A DNA stretch of 64,000 bases. It comes from Terriglobia bacterium. GTDB lineage: Bacteria; Acidobacteriota; Terriglobia; 20CM-2-55-15. Made by a program: the position numbers and the translations under genes. The stretch is taken from the NCBI GenBank assembly GCA_965218585.1, contig CBDCLE010000003.1:32001-96000 (forward strand), in the 5' to 3' direction. A model generated the notes under the pieces. That model was not told the origin of the DNA. It did no database searches and saw only the letters and a program-made list of their open reading frames with translations. Of this stretch, positions 20,828-30,850 are shown piece by piece. The first letter of the stretch is position 1; the number at the start of each line of letters is the position of its first letter.

Positions 20828-21847
20828 TTATCCGCGGACGATGCATTCGTAAGGCTCTACTTGTACATCCGGGAGCCACAGCCAGGACTTTTCCATTACG
20901 ACCGGCTCGGTAAAATTCGCCGCATCGGTAACCGTCATTGTCAAATCCAAGCGGCTGCCGTCCGTACTGGGAGTGAAGCGTTCCTCGACCCGGGCGGCTT
21001 CACTAAGGGGTATGCCAAGGACGTGGTGGAAGTAATCCCAACTGATCCGGTTCGTCATTACAACGAGCGTTCTGTCCTCCCACCGGCCGACGGAGTAACC
21101 CAACTCTGTGCGGGCTTGGGCTCGGCCCGGTTCGGCGTCCAGGTAAATTGTGCGAACGATGTCGTACTCCTCTATTCGGAGCAGAACGGTCTCATCCTGC
21201 TCGACAAACTCCATCGGATAGGGCTGTTCCATGATCGTGGGCATGCCTTTGGCCGTGCAATTGAGAATCGGACTGTCGGCCACGGGATCGAACGCGTCGG
21301 CTGCAGCCTGTGCGGTGGCCGTTAAGGGATAGCTCTCGTTCCAGAGTCGACTCTGCCTGAAACTGGTGCTCCAGACTCGGAAGATACCCCTGGCCGGATC
21401 CGAACTGTCGCCCGCCTCGGCGAGCCATGTTTCCGATGTGCCGATCGTTTCGCCTTCCCACCTCAGTGCCGATCCGGGACTCAACAGGACTTCCTGCGTT
21501 CCCGGCAACAGCATATTTCGGGCAAACAGTCCGTTTCCCCCTCTTCTTGCCGGATTACCGGCGATCCGGACCCTTTCGCCAACCGTCAGGACATCGCTTG
21601 AGACATCCATCCGCCTCAAAATACTGACAGAGTTCGTTTCAATACCCCAAAGTTCTTCTTCGCCGTTGTCCGCCCCCACCGAAATTACTAAACGCACATG
21701 GGGGTTTCGCCAGCTGATCTGGGTGAGGTTTCCCTCGATCTCGACGATGGTACCCACATCGAAGTTTGCGCCAACACTGTGGTGAGCATAGGCCACAGGG
21801 AGACAAAGAAGCCCGAAAAGAAGCCAAACGCCAGCTCTAGGTATCAT
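20828..21847 (-). CDS. DUF6152-family secreted protein (close paralog of 6390-7418)
   Basis: AHHSVGANFD, WRNPH, shared IETNSVSILRRMDVS and WLWLPDVQVEPYEC. Confidence 0.8.
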   Translation of the reverse strand: MIPRAGVWLLFGLLCLPVAYAHHSVGANFDVGTIVEIEGNLTQISWRNPHVRLVISVGADNGEEELWGIETNSVSILRRMDVSSDVLTVGERVRIAGNPARRGGNGLFARNMLLPGTQEVLLSPGSALRWEGETIGTSETWLAEAGDSSDPARGIFRVWSTSFRQSRLWNESYPLTATAQAAADAFDPVADSPILNCTAKGMPTIMEQPYPMEFVEQDETVLLRIEEYDIVRTIYLDAEPGRAQARTELGYSVGRWEDRTLVVMTNRISWDYFHHVLGIPLSEAARVEERFTPSTDGSRLDLTMTVTDAANFTEPVVMEKSWLWLPDVQVEPYECIVRG

Positions 21848-22015
21848 CACACTCTCCTCGAAGAAGTTCGGCGACGGCCATAGCCGAGGGCCTCGCCGTA
21901 GCACAGAAAGCCCTGTGCCAGTAAGAATAACTGAGACCGGTTTTCCCAATCCATACTGCAGCAACGCGCTGCTCATTGCCATATTTTTCGCCCATAATCA
22001 GGTGTCGATCCCGGG

Positions 22016-23173
22016 TTAATTGTATCGGCTGACTGTCAGCCGGACACCGCCCGGTTGCGGCGTATCTCGATCGTTGGCGTAGTAGGCGGTCAACCGCAGT
22101 CGGGTGCCTTCGGGAAGGAGCAACGGTTCGGTGAGAATGTAGGGTGTCGGCCAATCCGTCGGAATGTCCCTGGCGAACAGCAGGACCTGGGTACCTCCAT
22201 CCGGCCGTCTCGCCGACACCTCGATGGACGTGATGCCTTCGGTGACTTCCGGTCGCAAGGACCAGACGTAAGTGTCCGATTCCAGTTCCGCCTCTGCACG
22301 GAACTTTTCTGTAGTGCCACCCGCGGAAACCTCGCCTCTGGCCTCGAGTACCAGGTCCGATGGCGACTCGGGCGCCCCGTCGGTGTAGACCAGTCCCAGC
22401 GTGCCCCGTTCAACGACCTCCTCGCTCGTGCCCCGGTAATGAACCTCGGCAACAATGCCCGACCCTGCCGGCAACCTGTACGCCACTGGGTCGGGAAGCT
22501 CCACGAAACCATGCCAGGGTGTCCAGCTCCCCAGCCACTGACCGGTCTCCTCGAGTGTAAAGAACGCCGCCCGGACAACGCGCCGGTCGCCCGGCTTGTA
22601 TTCGAGTCCTCGGACCCAGCGCTCCCGGTCGAGTTCGAGATCGATCACCTTCCGCTCGATCCTGTCCGCTGCTCCCTCCTCGATCGTGGTTGGGGCAAAA
22701 CGCCGTGTCAAGCTGGGTGGCCCAAGTTCCCATTCGTCGAAATCCGGGTTTGCGGCAACCGCCTCGGGTGGGCGCGCGCCGGCACCCAGGACGTTCAGGA
22801 ACACCTCTCCAGCGTTACGAGGGCCCAGGCCCTCCACCCACGAGATGACGAACTGTGTCTCCCTCAGAGTCAGACTGTTGTTGTTTGAGAAGTCTCCGTA
22901 TCCCGGGACTGCCGCCCAGGGTGGCATGTGACGGGCCAGTACCCGGGTGAGAATCGGTTCCCGCTCGAGCCACGTCTCTTCGTAGCTGACCAGTGGGAAC
23001 GACAACGCGTTCTCTGAATGACACATAACGCAATGGGCATTCAGTATCCGTACGATCTCCCGGTCGAAGAGCACGGTGTTCGTGGTCGTGACGTGAGACA
23101 GACTCGTCTTCGGCCCGAGTAGCCCACAGGTGAGTGCCGCGAAGGCGACGATCCCGAAGAGGGTCTTCTTCAT
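22016..23173 (-). CDS. Heme c (CxxCH) domain plus copper monooxygenase (PHM)-like beta-sandwich, His ligands degenerate
   Basis: CVMCH...MPPW, ISWVEG; WELGPP, LEYKPGDRRVVR, EVHY. Confidence 0.6.
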   Translation of the reverse strand: MKKTLFGIVAFAALTCGLLGPKTSLSHVTTTNTVLFDREIVRILNAHCVMCHSENALSFPLVSYEETWLEREPILTRVLARHMPPWAAVPGYGDFSNNNSLTLRETQFVISWVEGLGPRNAGEVFLNVLGAGARPPEAVAANPDFDEWELGPPSLTRRFAPTTIEEGAADRIERKVIDLELDRERWVRGLEYKPGDRRVVRAAFFTLEETGQWLGSWTPWHGFVELPDPVAYRLPAGSGIVAEVHYRGTSEEVVERGTLGLVYTDGAPESPSDLVLEARGEVSAGGTTEKFRAEAELESDTYVWSLRPEVTEGITSIEVSARRPDGGTQVLLFARDIPTDWPTPYILTEPLLLPEGTRLRLTAYYANDRDTPQPGGVRLTVSRYN

Positions 23174-23176
23174 ACG

Positions 23177-24208
23177 CTACTCCGAAGCCGCCACGTCGAA
23201 GGTGAATTGAAACGTGTAGATCTCGTCGTTGCGTTGAAACTGAGTCCATGCGCGATAGTTACCCGGTTTCGGCATTAACCCTTCGAAGGTAACTTCCGGG
23301 CCTCCCCTGAGCGAGGAATTGTCCACTCCCATCGGCAGCATCAAAGGCAGCGGTCCGGTCTCGTCATCAGAGTTTTCCAGATCGAGCGGGTGAGAGTGGA
23401 CATAGTCCACCATGTCCTCGCTCATGATGAGCATGTGCCCGAACGACGCCAGGTACGGTTGAAGGTCGGTTACGGGAAGCCCTGTTTCCGTATCGTTCAG
23501 CCGGAACATCAGATGGCCGTACAGACCGGCAACAAATCTTTCAGGGTCGTACGACAGCGTTGCCGTAACGTCGTCGATGGTTTTCGTCAGGACCGAATCG
23601 GGCACCAGATGGGCGCTGTCCCCGGCCAGATCGCCGTCGTAGCCCTCGGTGACGAGGCTTCGCGCGATGAACTGAGACGAACCGCCGTTGGGAACGAAAT
23701 CCGACAGGACTTTGTAATAACCCTCTTTCGGGAGCGTCACTTCGATGGACCACGTTCCGTCCGGACCCTGTTCCGGGTGGATATGTTCGAAGTGCTCCAT
23801 GTCCTGGCTGATGACGAACAGGTGATAGCGCTTGTCGTGCACCACCGGGAAGTCCCGTATCTGCTCGCCGGTGGTGGGATGGAAGATCCTGAAGAGCAAC
23901 GTGGCTTTCTCCGCGGCCTTCACAACCCGAGGCATGGTCTCGAAGTCCAGCCGGTAGTCTCTGACCGCGTATGGATTGGCCTCGACCAACGTCATGCCGT
24001 CGCGCGGACACGTTCCGCCAACACGGGCCGTGTAGTCCGGGTGCATTGGACAAACCCAGGCGATTTCCTCTTCGGGATCCAGGATCGGCGGCGGCATCCT
24101 TTCCATGTTCATTTGCTGCATGAAAGCAAATGCCGTCGAGGCGGCCAGGAACAGAAGGAACAGTAAAGATATGGGCAGGCGGGAATTCGCTCGAATCGTT
24201 CGAACCAT
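23177..24208 (-). CDS. Heavy-metal-binding-domain secreted protein
   Basis: VCPMHP...GTCPRDGMTL; His-rich HLFVISQDMEHFEHIHP, YLASFGH, YVHSHP. Start is approximate. Confidence 0.7.
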   Translation of the reverse strand: MVRTIRANSRLPISLLFLLFLAASTAFAFMQQMNMERMPPPILDPEEEIAWVCPMHPDYTARVGGTCPRDGMTLVEANPYAVRDYRLDFETMPRVVKAAEKATLLFRIFHPTTGEQIRDFPVVHDKRYHLFVISQDMEHFEHIHPEQGPDGTWSIEVTLPKEGYYKVLSDFVPNGGSSQFIARSLVTEGYDGDLAGDSAHLVPDSVLTKTIDDVTATLSYDPERFVAGLYGHLMFRLNDTETGLPVTDLQPYLASFGHMLIMSEDMVDYVHSHPLDLENSDDETGPLPLMLPMGVDNSSLRGGPEVTFEGLMPKPGNYRAWTQFQRNDEIYTFQFTFDVAASE

Positions 24209-24263
24209 CGATTTCAAGAACCACCCCATTTTCAGATTCGGCCCGGTTGTTGCTGATTTTCCT

Positions 24264-26216
24264 CTACCGGTGCGGGCTCGTTGCGTTGCTTTCGTATGTT
24301 CCCGATCCGGGCCCGGGCAGTTCCTCACTCCGCAGCCCTGTGTACTTCGCGACGTGTAGTCCGGTGTCGCTGTCACTCCAGTAGATCAGTCCGTCTTTGA
24401 AAAGGGGGTAGCTTCGGGTCACTCCGTGGGGAATCGTCAGCGCATGCCCCACCTCGCGCGGAGTGTACGGCCGGGAGATGTCGATCGCTCTCAGTCCGTG
24501 CCCGTACCAGCTCGTGAAGACGAGATTCCTGAAGACCGTGGGGTTGTGGTTCTGCTGAGGTACCCTGCGCCGGGGTTCACCGTTGGGTTCGGTGTTGGCT
24601 TGATCGAAACACTCGTCGACGCGGCTATCAGGAATCCCGAACGCTCCGACCATTACCGGTGTCGCCTCTGACTCAACCGACACCATCCGGGCGTACATGA
24701 GCGGGCAACCGAAGTTCTCGTCGCTCAACCATACGAAGGCGGGTCGAGCCTTGGTGTTATCACGCACCTGGGCGGGCCGGCCCGGTACGAACACCGCGCT
24801 GTGGATGCCCGTCGGGAGCGAGCCGTACGGGGGATGAACATCGAGCCGTGAGCGAGTCAGCAAGACCAGATAGCGCGCCGCCTTCGCAGCGTCCGACGCC
24901 TCGGATGCCAGAAATGCCTGAAGACCCGGGTCATCACTGACGACCATGTGAAGGCAGTCGTTGGCGATCTCCCCTAGCCTGGAAGCGTCGACGAAGCCAT
25001 TGACCGACACGATCGTGGACCTCGGGTTACAGCTCGCCGTTCCATCTGCGAGTTGGGCGTTACTGTTGCCTGCGATCGCTTCCGAATTCAGGACATAGAA
25101 TCCCGCATTGCCCCCCGCGACGTAGACGCGCTCACCGTCATCGGACACCGACAACGAATGCATCATGTTGTTCTGACGGTCCTGGAAGTTTCCACCTCTG
25201 CCGGACCGATTCGTCAGGTGGCTGAAATCAGCGAAGCGGCCGTCGCCAAAAAGGCCGGTCGCGTCGGCTCTTTCGTTGATCGGCGGACCTCCGACTTCTT
25301 GCAGGCTAAAGCCGGCGAGCACCTGCGGGCGCTCTAGAACCTCGCCCGTGTCCTCGTCTGTGACTGCCAGGACGATGCCGTCGGGAATCCGTAGTCCCGG
25401 ATTTTCAGGATCCGGAAGTCCGCCGCCGGAAAACATCGCCACGTAAACCAGAACGCGATTCGAGTTGGCCGGATCGTGCCAGAGAAAGAACTCGTGCGAC
25501 GGTCCATTGAAATCGTAGGTTTCGCTCTGGCTGACGGGTAGGCAGGTGTTCATATCGGCCCTGTACGTCTCGATCCGGCCGATGTTATTCGTCCCTGCGT
25601 TCCGAACCACGATCAACCGGTCTTCTCCGCTGGAGGTCTCGTATACGAGCGCACGAAGCTCACGGTCATCAAATCCCTGGTTGCCGACCGTCATCGGAGA
25701 GATCTCTCCGACCTGGACCGGCGCCGTCGTTTCGGGATCGGGTTGGATCTTGAAGATGTTGATGGAATGCGTCTGGCCAGGACCGTTCCTATGACCGACA
25801 TATATGCAGTCGCCGGCGATACCGAGGCCTCGAGCGTCACCTCCGCCGTCGAGGTCGCCCCCGCGCCATTGGCCCGTGCCGGGATCTTGCTCGGAGGGTA
25901 CCGTGATCACCCAGTGCAGGTGTTCAAAGTTCCGGAACAGGTTGAGTTCGTCCTCCAGCCGAAGGGCGCCCACCTTCGCATCTTCTTCCGAGGAGAAAGG
26001 ATCCAGTTCCCCTTCGCGGTTGACCCGGACTGAGGGCATCTGCCCGATGGGAGTGTCGAACGTGCTGGGCTGGCAACCGGCCGGATCGTTAGAAAAGTCG
26101 ACGCATTCCTGAACAGCTCCTGCCGCAGGCAGGGTGAAGGAAAGACAGAAGGAAAGAGGAGCGATAACCATGAAGGCCCGCCAGGTGGCCGGCCATGTGT
26201 GCTTGGGCGTGTTCAT
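24264..26216 (-). CDS. Secreted beta-propeller (LVIVD-repeat-like) protein
   Basis: Signal peptide, MHSLSVSDDGERVYVA, HNPTV, SWYGHGLRAIDISRPYTPREVG. Confidence 0.6.
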   Translation of the reverse strand: MNTPKHTWPATWRAFMVIAPLSFCLSFTLPAAGAVQECVDFSNDPAGCQPSTFDTPIGQMPSVRVNREGELDPFSSEEDAKVGALRLEDELNLFRNFEHLHWVITVPSEQDPGTGQWRGGDLDGGGDARGLGIAGDCIYVGHRNGPGQTHSINIFKIQPDPETTAPVQVGEISPMTVGNQGFDDRELRALVYETSSGEDRLIVVRNAGTNNIGRIETYRADMNTCLPVSQSETYDFNGPSHEFFLWHDPANSNRVLVYVAMFSGGGLPDPENPGLRIPDGIVLAVTDEDTGEVLERPQVLAGFSLQEVGGPPINERADATGLFGDGRFADFSHLTNRSGRGGNFQDRQNNMMHSLSVSDDGERVYVAGGNAGFYVLNSEAIAGNSNAQLADGTASCNPRSTIVSVNGFVDASRLGEIANDCLHMVVSDDPGLQAFLASEASDAAKAARYLVLLTRSRLDVHPPYGSLPTGIHSAVFVPGRPAQVRDNTKARPAFVWLSDENFGCPLMYARMVSVESEATPVMVGAFGIPDSRVDECFDQANTEPNGEPRRRVPQQNHNPTVFRNLVFTSWYGHGLRAIDISRPYTPREVGHALTIPHGVTRSYPLFKDGLIYWSDSDTGLHVAKYTGLRSEELPGPGSGTYESNATSPHR

Positions 26217-26264
26217 CCTGTCTCTCCTGAACAATGAGTAACTCTTCCAGTTACTCTTCGAAAA

Positions 26265-28028
26265 CTATTCCATCACGCAGCGAGACTCACTCTCGGTGCG
26301 ATACCAGACTCCATCATCGTCGGAATCCTCGCAACTGATCAGATTGCCGTCGGAGTACACGATGTCACCATCGACGATCGTTAGGACGGACGAGAGATCG
26401 CGCAGATCTTCCAGGCGGTCCGAGGCCTCCAACTCGAGGATGTCGGTAGATAGCACAGCCAGATCCGCAAGCTTACCCGGTTCGAGAGATCCCAGCTTTT
26501 CTTCATCGAACGAGAACCACGCGCTACCGATCGTGTACAGTCGAAGCGCCTCGGCCACCGTGACCGTCTCATTCGGAGGAAGCACTCGTGTACCGGCAGC
26601 ATTCATGCCGGTTGTCATGAAATACAAGGACAGCCAGGGGTTGATGGTCACGATATTGCCGCCATCGGTGCCCGCGCCCACCGGTACACCGTGATCGAGT
26701 GCGGTTCGGTATGGCGGACCCGCGGGCATGCCGAAGTTACGGCCGCCACCATCGCCACGGCCCGCCCCGCCCCGGCCCCCGCGGCCCCGGCCTCGGGGAG
26801 CGGCCTGACCCATGGAATAGAGGTGACTCTCAATCGCCAGCCCGCCGCCCAGCGCTTCGAGACGGTCCATCGCCTCGACGTCCATATTCAGGACATGCGT
26901 CAACTGCCAGCGAAGTCCGGTGATGGGTTGCTCTTCATTCACCGCCTCCCATACATCGAGGAATCGCTTGGTCTCCTCAACCGGAATCGAATGCTGGTGA
27001 TAATTCAATCCGTTTTCGGCGACTAGAGACACTGCATCGGCATAGTCATCCGGAAAAGGATCTTGACCCGAGGTGTCCGTGGCTATGATGAATTCTCCGA
27101 CACCCACAATTCGATACATGTCGTGCTCTGGAGCGGGGGCGGGGAAATTGTCCGCGATGACCGCGTTTAGTCGATCCATGCTCTGAGAACCGATTCCGGC
27201 ACGCACGCGTGTGAAGGAGATCCCCTCATCAGCAAGGGCTCTGACCGTGTCATGAGGATCGAAGCCACCTTGATTGAAAACTGTGGTCAAGCCGAGTCCA
27301 GCGGACCAGGCCATCAGATCGAGCGTGCCGCGCCTCAAGTCTTCAGAATCATGTTGCGAAGCGAGGGCATCACGACCGCCCGCACCTACCTGACCGTCCT
27401 CTGAAATCTGTATTGCACGTGCCTGGAAAAAACCGATACCGGCCGAATTGGTTTGGCCGGAGCCACCAAACCCTACAGAGAGATAAACAGGCCGCGGGAC
27501 CTGGTCCAGCTCTTCAAGGTTCGGCAGTCGACCCTCAGCGAACTGCAGCGTCGAATAACCGCCAATCGCAGTTACGAAATTGTCCGTAGTGACTTCGCCA
27601 TCCACCCGAGGAACAGTCTCTGCCTTCTTCTGCAGGATCGCGATGGCCTCGGCAACCGAGAAGGCGTTGTCCATCTCCGCGGTATTGTGCCCGGGACGGG
27701 ACGCACGTCCGATCCAGTGGACGTGGGAGTCGATCAGACCGGGGATGACAGTGCGTCCGTCCAGATCGATGGTCTCAGTGCACGCAGTCACATCTGCCTG
27801 GTCACCATCGACCGCGTCGATGGTATTGTCTCTGATCCTAAGGGATGTCGCGATGGAGTCGTCCGCGTCCACGGTCAGTATCTTGCCGTTCGTCAGCAAG
27901 ATGTCGTTTACGCCGACACATGGATCGGCTTCCTGCGCGAATGACGGACTCGCGAACCCAACGACGCAGGCGAGAATAGATACTATCGACCACTTATTTA
28001 GTGGGCTGTTCGAGGTCACTGGTTTCAT
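26265..28028 (-). CDS. Secreted amidohydrolase (YtcJ/Amidohydro_3-like)
   Basis: IDLDGRTVIPGLIDSHVH, GAGTDG, GSLEPGKLADLAVLS. Confidence 0.85.
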   Translation of the reverse strand: MKPVTSNSPLNKWSIVSILACVVGFASPSFAQEADPCVGVNDILLTNGKILTVDADDSIATSLRIRDNTIDAVDGDQADVTACTETIDLDGRTVIPGLIDSHVHWIGRASRPGHNTAEMDNAFSVAEAIAILQKKAETVPRVDGEVTTDNFVTAIGGYSTLQFAEGRLPNLEELDQVPRPVYLSVGFGGSGQTNSAGIGFFQARAIQISEDGQVGAGGRDALASQHDSEDLRRGTLDLMAWSAGLGLTTVFNQGGFDPHDTVRALADEGISFTRVRAGIGSQSMDRLNAVIADNFPAPAPEHDMYRIVGVGEFIIATDTSGQDPFPDDYADAVSLVAENGLNYHQHSIPVEETKRFLDVWEAVNEEQPITGLRWQLTHVLNMDVEAMDRLEALGGGLAIESHLYSMGQAAPRGRGRGGRGGAGRGDGGGRNFGMPAGPPYRTALDHGVPVGAGTDGGNIVTINPWLSLYFMTTGMNAAGTRVLPPNETVTVAEALRLYTIGSAWFSFDEEKLGSLEPGKLADLAVLSTDILELEASDRLEDLRDLSSVLTIVDGDIVYSDGNLISCEDSDDDGVWYRTESESRCVME

Positions 28029-28057
28029 AACTGTCTCCCCAATTGAAAAGAACGCTC

Positions 28058-29581
28058 TTATTCCTGATTCAACGTTGGACCGAGATACTGTCTCTCGAAT
28101 GGTTCCCCGGGAATGAACTTGCCTGAGCCCGGCTCTGCGATTACCTGACCGTTGTCATAAACGACCTCTCCTCGGCGAATGGTCGTTCTGGGAAATCCGG
28201 TGACCTCCCATCCTGCGTAAGTCGAATACTTCACGTTGGAGAATTGGTCCTCATCGCGAATCGTCTTGGTCATGGTCGGATCCCAGATCACAATGTCGGC
28301 ATCCGATCCGACCTGGATCGTACCCTTGCGCGGATACATGCCGAACAGTCTGGCGGCGTTCGTTGACGTCACCGCGACGAACTGCTCGAGCGTAATGCGC
28401 TCCTTTAGAACACCTTCGGAAAACATCATCGGCAGATACTCCTGCAGGTTGCTCAACCCCATCCGCCTGTCGGCGATGGTCTGTGTCGGATCCAGCTTCG
28501 CCTCTTTCGAGTAGCCGGTGTGATCGGTTCCGATCGTGTGGATTGTCCCTTTCCGAATGCCTTCCCACAGCATGTCCTGGTCCCACTTCTCGCGGAGCGG
28601 TGGGCCTCCCAGGTACAATCCCGCGTCCGGTTGCTGGTACACCTCCTGTGTCAGGTGCAGGTACATGGGCCGGGTCTCGACGTACACCGGCAGACCGCGA
28701 GCCATCGCGTCTTCCGCCACTTTCAGTGCACGTCCGGAAGACGTGTGGAGGATGTAGACGGGCGAACCGGTCGCCTCAGCGATCGCCACACCCCGCTGGA
28801 CGGCAACCACCTCTGCGATGACCGGGGCACTCTGGGCAAAGTTGTGAATCGAGCCGCGCCCTTCGGCCATGAGTCGCTCCTGGGCCTCGGCCAGGATTGA
28901 ATAGTCTTCCGCATGCAGCATGCTCAGCACGCCTGCGGGCCCGGAGTCCCTGAAGGTCTTGAACCAGGTCAGAGCGTTGGTGTCGAAAGATTCCCTGGCG
29001 AGAAAGTCCTCCCCCGTGCTGACAAAACCGCGTTCGGCCAACTCGCCAAGCATGTCTCCCGTAAAGGGTGTGGGATCGTTTCCGATCGTGACATGTATGA
29101 AGAAGTCGGCCATCGCAGATCTTTCGATTGCACTGATGACCCGGGCTGCGTAGGCGTTGACGTCCTCGTTCGGTAGCAGGGGGATGAAGTTGGAGATCGT
29201 GGTCGCGCCACCGGCGAATGCAGCCGACGACCCGCTGACGTAATCGTCCTGGTTGCCTTGGGGTCTGGGGGGGTCAGGCATCTCGGGGTTAAGATGCGTG
29301 TGCGTATCGACCGCGCCCGGCAGAAGGAGCATGCCACGGGCATCGATCTCGGTCCCGCCAGTGCTTGATGTAAGGTCCGGCCCGATTTCGGCGATCGTTT
29401 CACCTCGAATCCTGACGTCGGCTTCCATTCGGCCTTCTTCTGTCACGATCAAGCCATTGCGAATAATGAGCTCCGCGTCCTGGGCCACGAGATGGCCTGC
29501 CGGCGCAACGGCGATGACCGTGATACAGACCAGGAGCCAATTCCATGAACAAAAGGTACGCACTCCATTCGACGAAACCAT
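28058..29581 (-). CDS. Dihydropyrimidinase/hydantoinase-like cyclic amidohydrolase with signal peptide
   Basis: PGAVDTHTH, GGATT, MLHAED, YILHTS, PPLR, GTDH, KGTIQVGSDADIVIWDP. Confidence 0.85.
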   Translation of the reverse strand: MVSSNGVRTFCSWNWLLVCITVIAVAPAGHLVAQDAELIIRNGLIVTEEGRMEADVRIRGETIAEIGPDLTSSTGGTEIDARGMLLLPGAVDTHTHLNPEMPDPPRPQGNQDDYVSGSSAAFAGGATTISNFIPLLPNEDVNAYAARVISAIERSAMADFFIHVTIGNDPTPFTGDMLGELAERGFVSTGEDFLARESFDTNALTWFKTFRDSGPAGVLSMLHAEDYSILAEAQERLMAEGRGSIHNFAQSAPVIAEVVAVQRGVAIAEATGSPVYILHTSSGRALKVAEDAMARGLPVYVETRPMYLHLTQEVYQQPDAGLYLGGPPLREKWDQDMLWEGIRKGTIHTIGTDHTGYSKEAKLDPTQTIADRRMGLSNLQEYLPMMFSEGVLKERITLEQFVAVTSTNAARLFGMYPRKGTIQVGSDADIVIWDPTMTKTIRDEDQFSNVKYSTYAGWEVTGFPRTTIRRGEVVYDNGQVIAEPGSGKFIPGEPFERQYLGPTLNQE

Positions 29582-29617
29582 CTTCACTCCTTTCCTCCCG
29601 CAACGATGAGGATTGCC

Positions 29618-30589
29618 TTAGTCGTTCTCTCTGCTGATCTTCCGCACACCTCCGGTGCCGGAGACATAGATGACATCTTCAGATTCGATCGCCACATCGT
29701 GAACCGCCGTCATACCGGCAGTATCTGCGGAGAGGAGAATTTCCACCTCACCTTCGGAGTTCAGGAAAGCTGCCGGACTCTCTTCTCGATAGCCCACAAC
29801 CCACACGCCTCCGAAGGGTGACGGCGCAACATTGGCCACGCGTCCCACCACGGGGTCCAGGGCCCACTCGGCTTCAAAGTGCCCGTCAGGGTCAAAAACC
29901 TGGACGCGGGAGTTCTCCCGATCGGCTACCCAGACCCGGCCATCAGTGTCGAGGTCCACTCCGTGTGGAATTTCGAACATGCCGGGATCCGTGCCGGCAG
30001 CACCCCACTCTTGGAGGAAGGCCCCGGTCGGAGAAAACTTTGCTATGCGGGAATTTCTGTAGTCATCGGCGACAAAGAAGGAACCGTCAGGCTGCACGGC
30101 AACCTCGGTGGGCGCGTTAAAGTGGGTCTGGTTCCAACCGGGAACGCTGAGCTCGCCCAGAGTCAGCAGCAATTCACCGTCGTGAGAAAACTTGAAGACC
30201 CGGTGACCTATGGCATCGGTGAGCCAGACATTGTCCTCGTGGTCTATCGTGAGCCCGTGCGGCACGAGGAAGGTGTCCGCGCCCCACATGGCTAGCAGGG
30301 CACCACTTTCTCTGTCTAACATGACAACCGGATCGTCCTGGAGCAGGTCCGTGACCTCCCAATCGAACTGGCGTCCGGCCCGACGGAATGCGAAGACGTG
30401 ACCATGTGAATCGACGTCTACAGCGGACACATACCCGGTCACGAATCCCTCCGGAAAGACAGGCCAACCCTCAACCCTGGCGTACGAGGCGGGGGCCTGG
30501 GCCTCCAGATCCTCGACAAACGAAGGCGTCAGAGCAAGGACCGCCAGGCAACCCATAACTCCAATCCAAACGATCATGATTCGACGCAT
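29618..30589 (-). CDS. NHL-repeat PAL-like protein
   Basis: VPHGLTIDHEDNVWLTD, FNAPTEVAV, YRNSRIAKFS, PHGVDLD, ADRENSRVQVFD. Confidence 0.85.
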   Translation of the reverse strand: MRRIMIVWIGVMGCLAVLALTPSFVEDLEAQAPASYARVEGWPVFPEGFVTGYVSAVDVDSHGHVFAFRRAGRQFDWEVTDLLQDDPVVMLDRESGALLAMWGADTFLVPHGLTIDHEDNVWLTDAIGHRVFKFSHDGELLLTLGELSVPGWNQTHFNAPTEVAVQPDGSFFVADDYRNSRIAKFSPTGAFLQEWGAAGTDPGMFEIPHGVDLDTDGRVWVADRENSRVQVFDPDGHFEAEWALDPVVGRVANVAPSPFGGVWVVGYREESPAAFLNSEGEVEILLSADTAGMTAVHDVAIESEDVIYVSGTGGVRKISREND

Positions 30590-30764
30590 GTGTACCAACC
30601 TCTCGAAGGACAGGGACCGGTCCTCGTCCGGTTAACAGTTGTGACGTGTAAGAAACTGGGGGAAAGTCTATATAACGAGTGGGTTGGAAGCAACGAAATG
30701 TCAGCTTCGCTGGATGGACTTGTCGTTTCGTCAGATCGATGATGAGAGGCGAGGCGGGTTTTCT

Positions 30765-30794
30765 TTGACAGGATTTCGGGCCGGCGAGTAACAT
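30765..30794 (+). promoter_or_regulatory. Putative sigma70 promoter TTGACA-N18-TAACAT for the deiodinase-like gene
   Basis: Exact -35 hexamer and near-consensus -10, 56 bp upstream of ATG 30851 (RBS GGAGGT). Confidence 0.4.
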
Positions 30795-30850
30795 CAGCCC
30801 AATGGCCGACCTGCATTGAGGTCAGCTACAAACCGGAGGTAATTTTGAAC

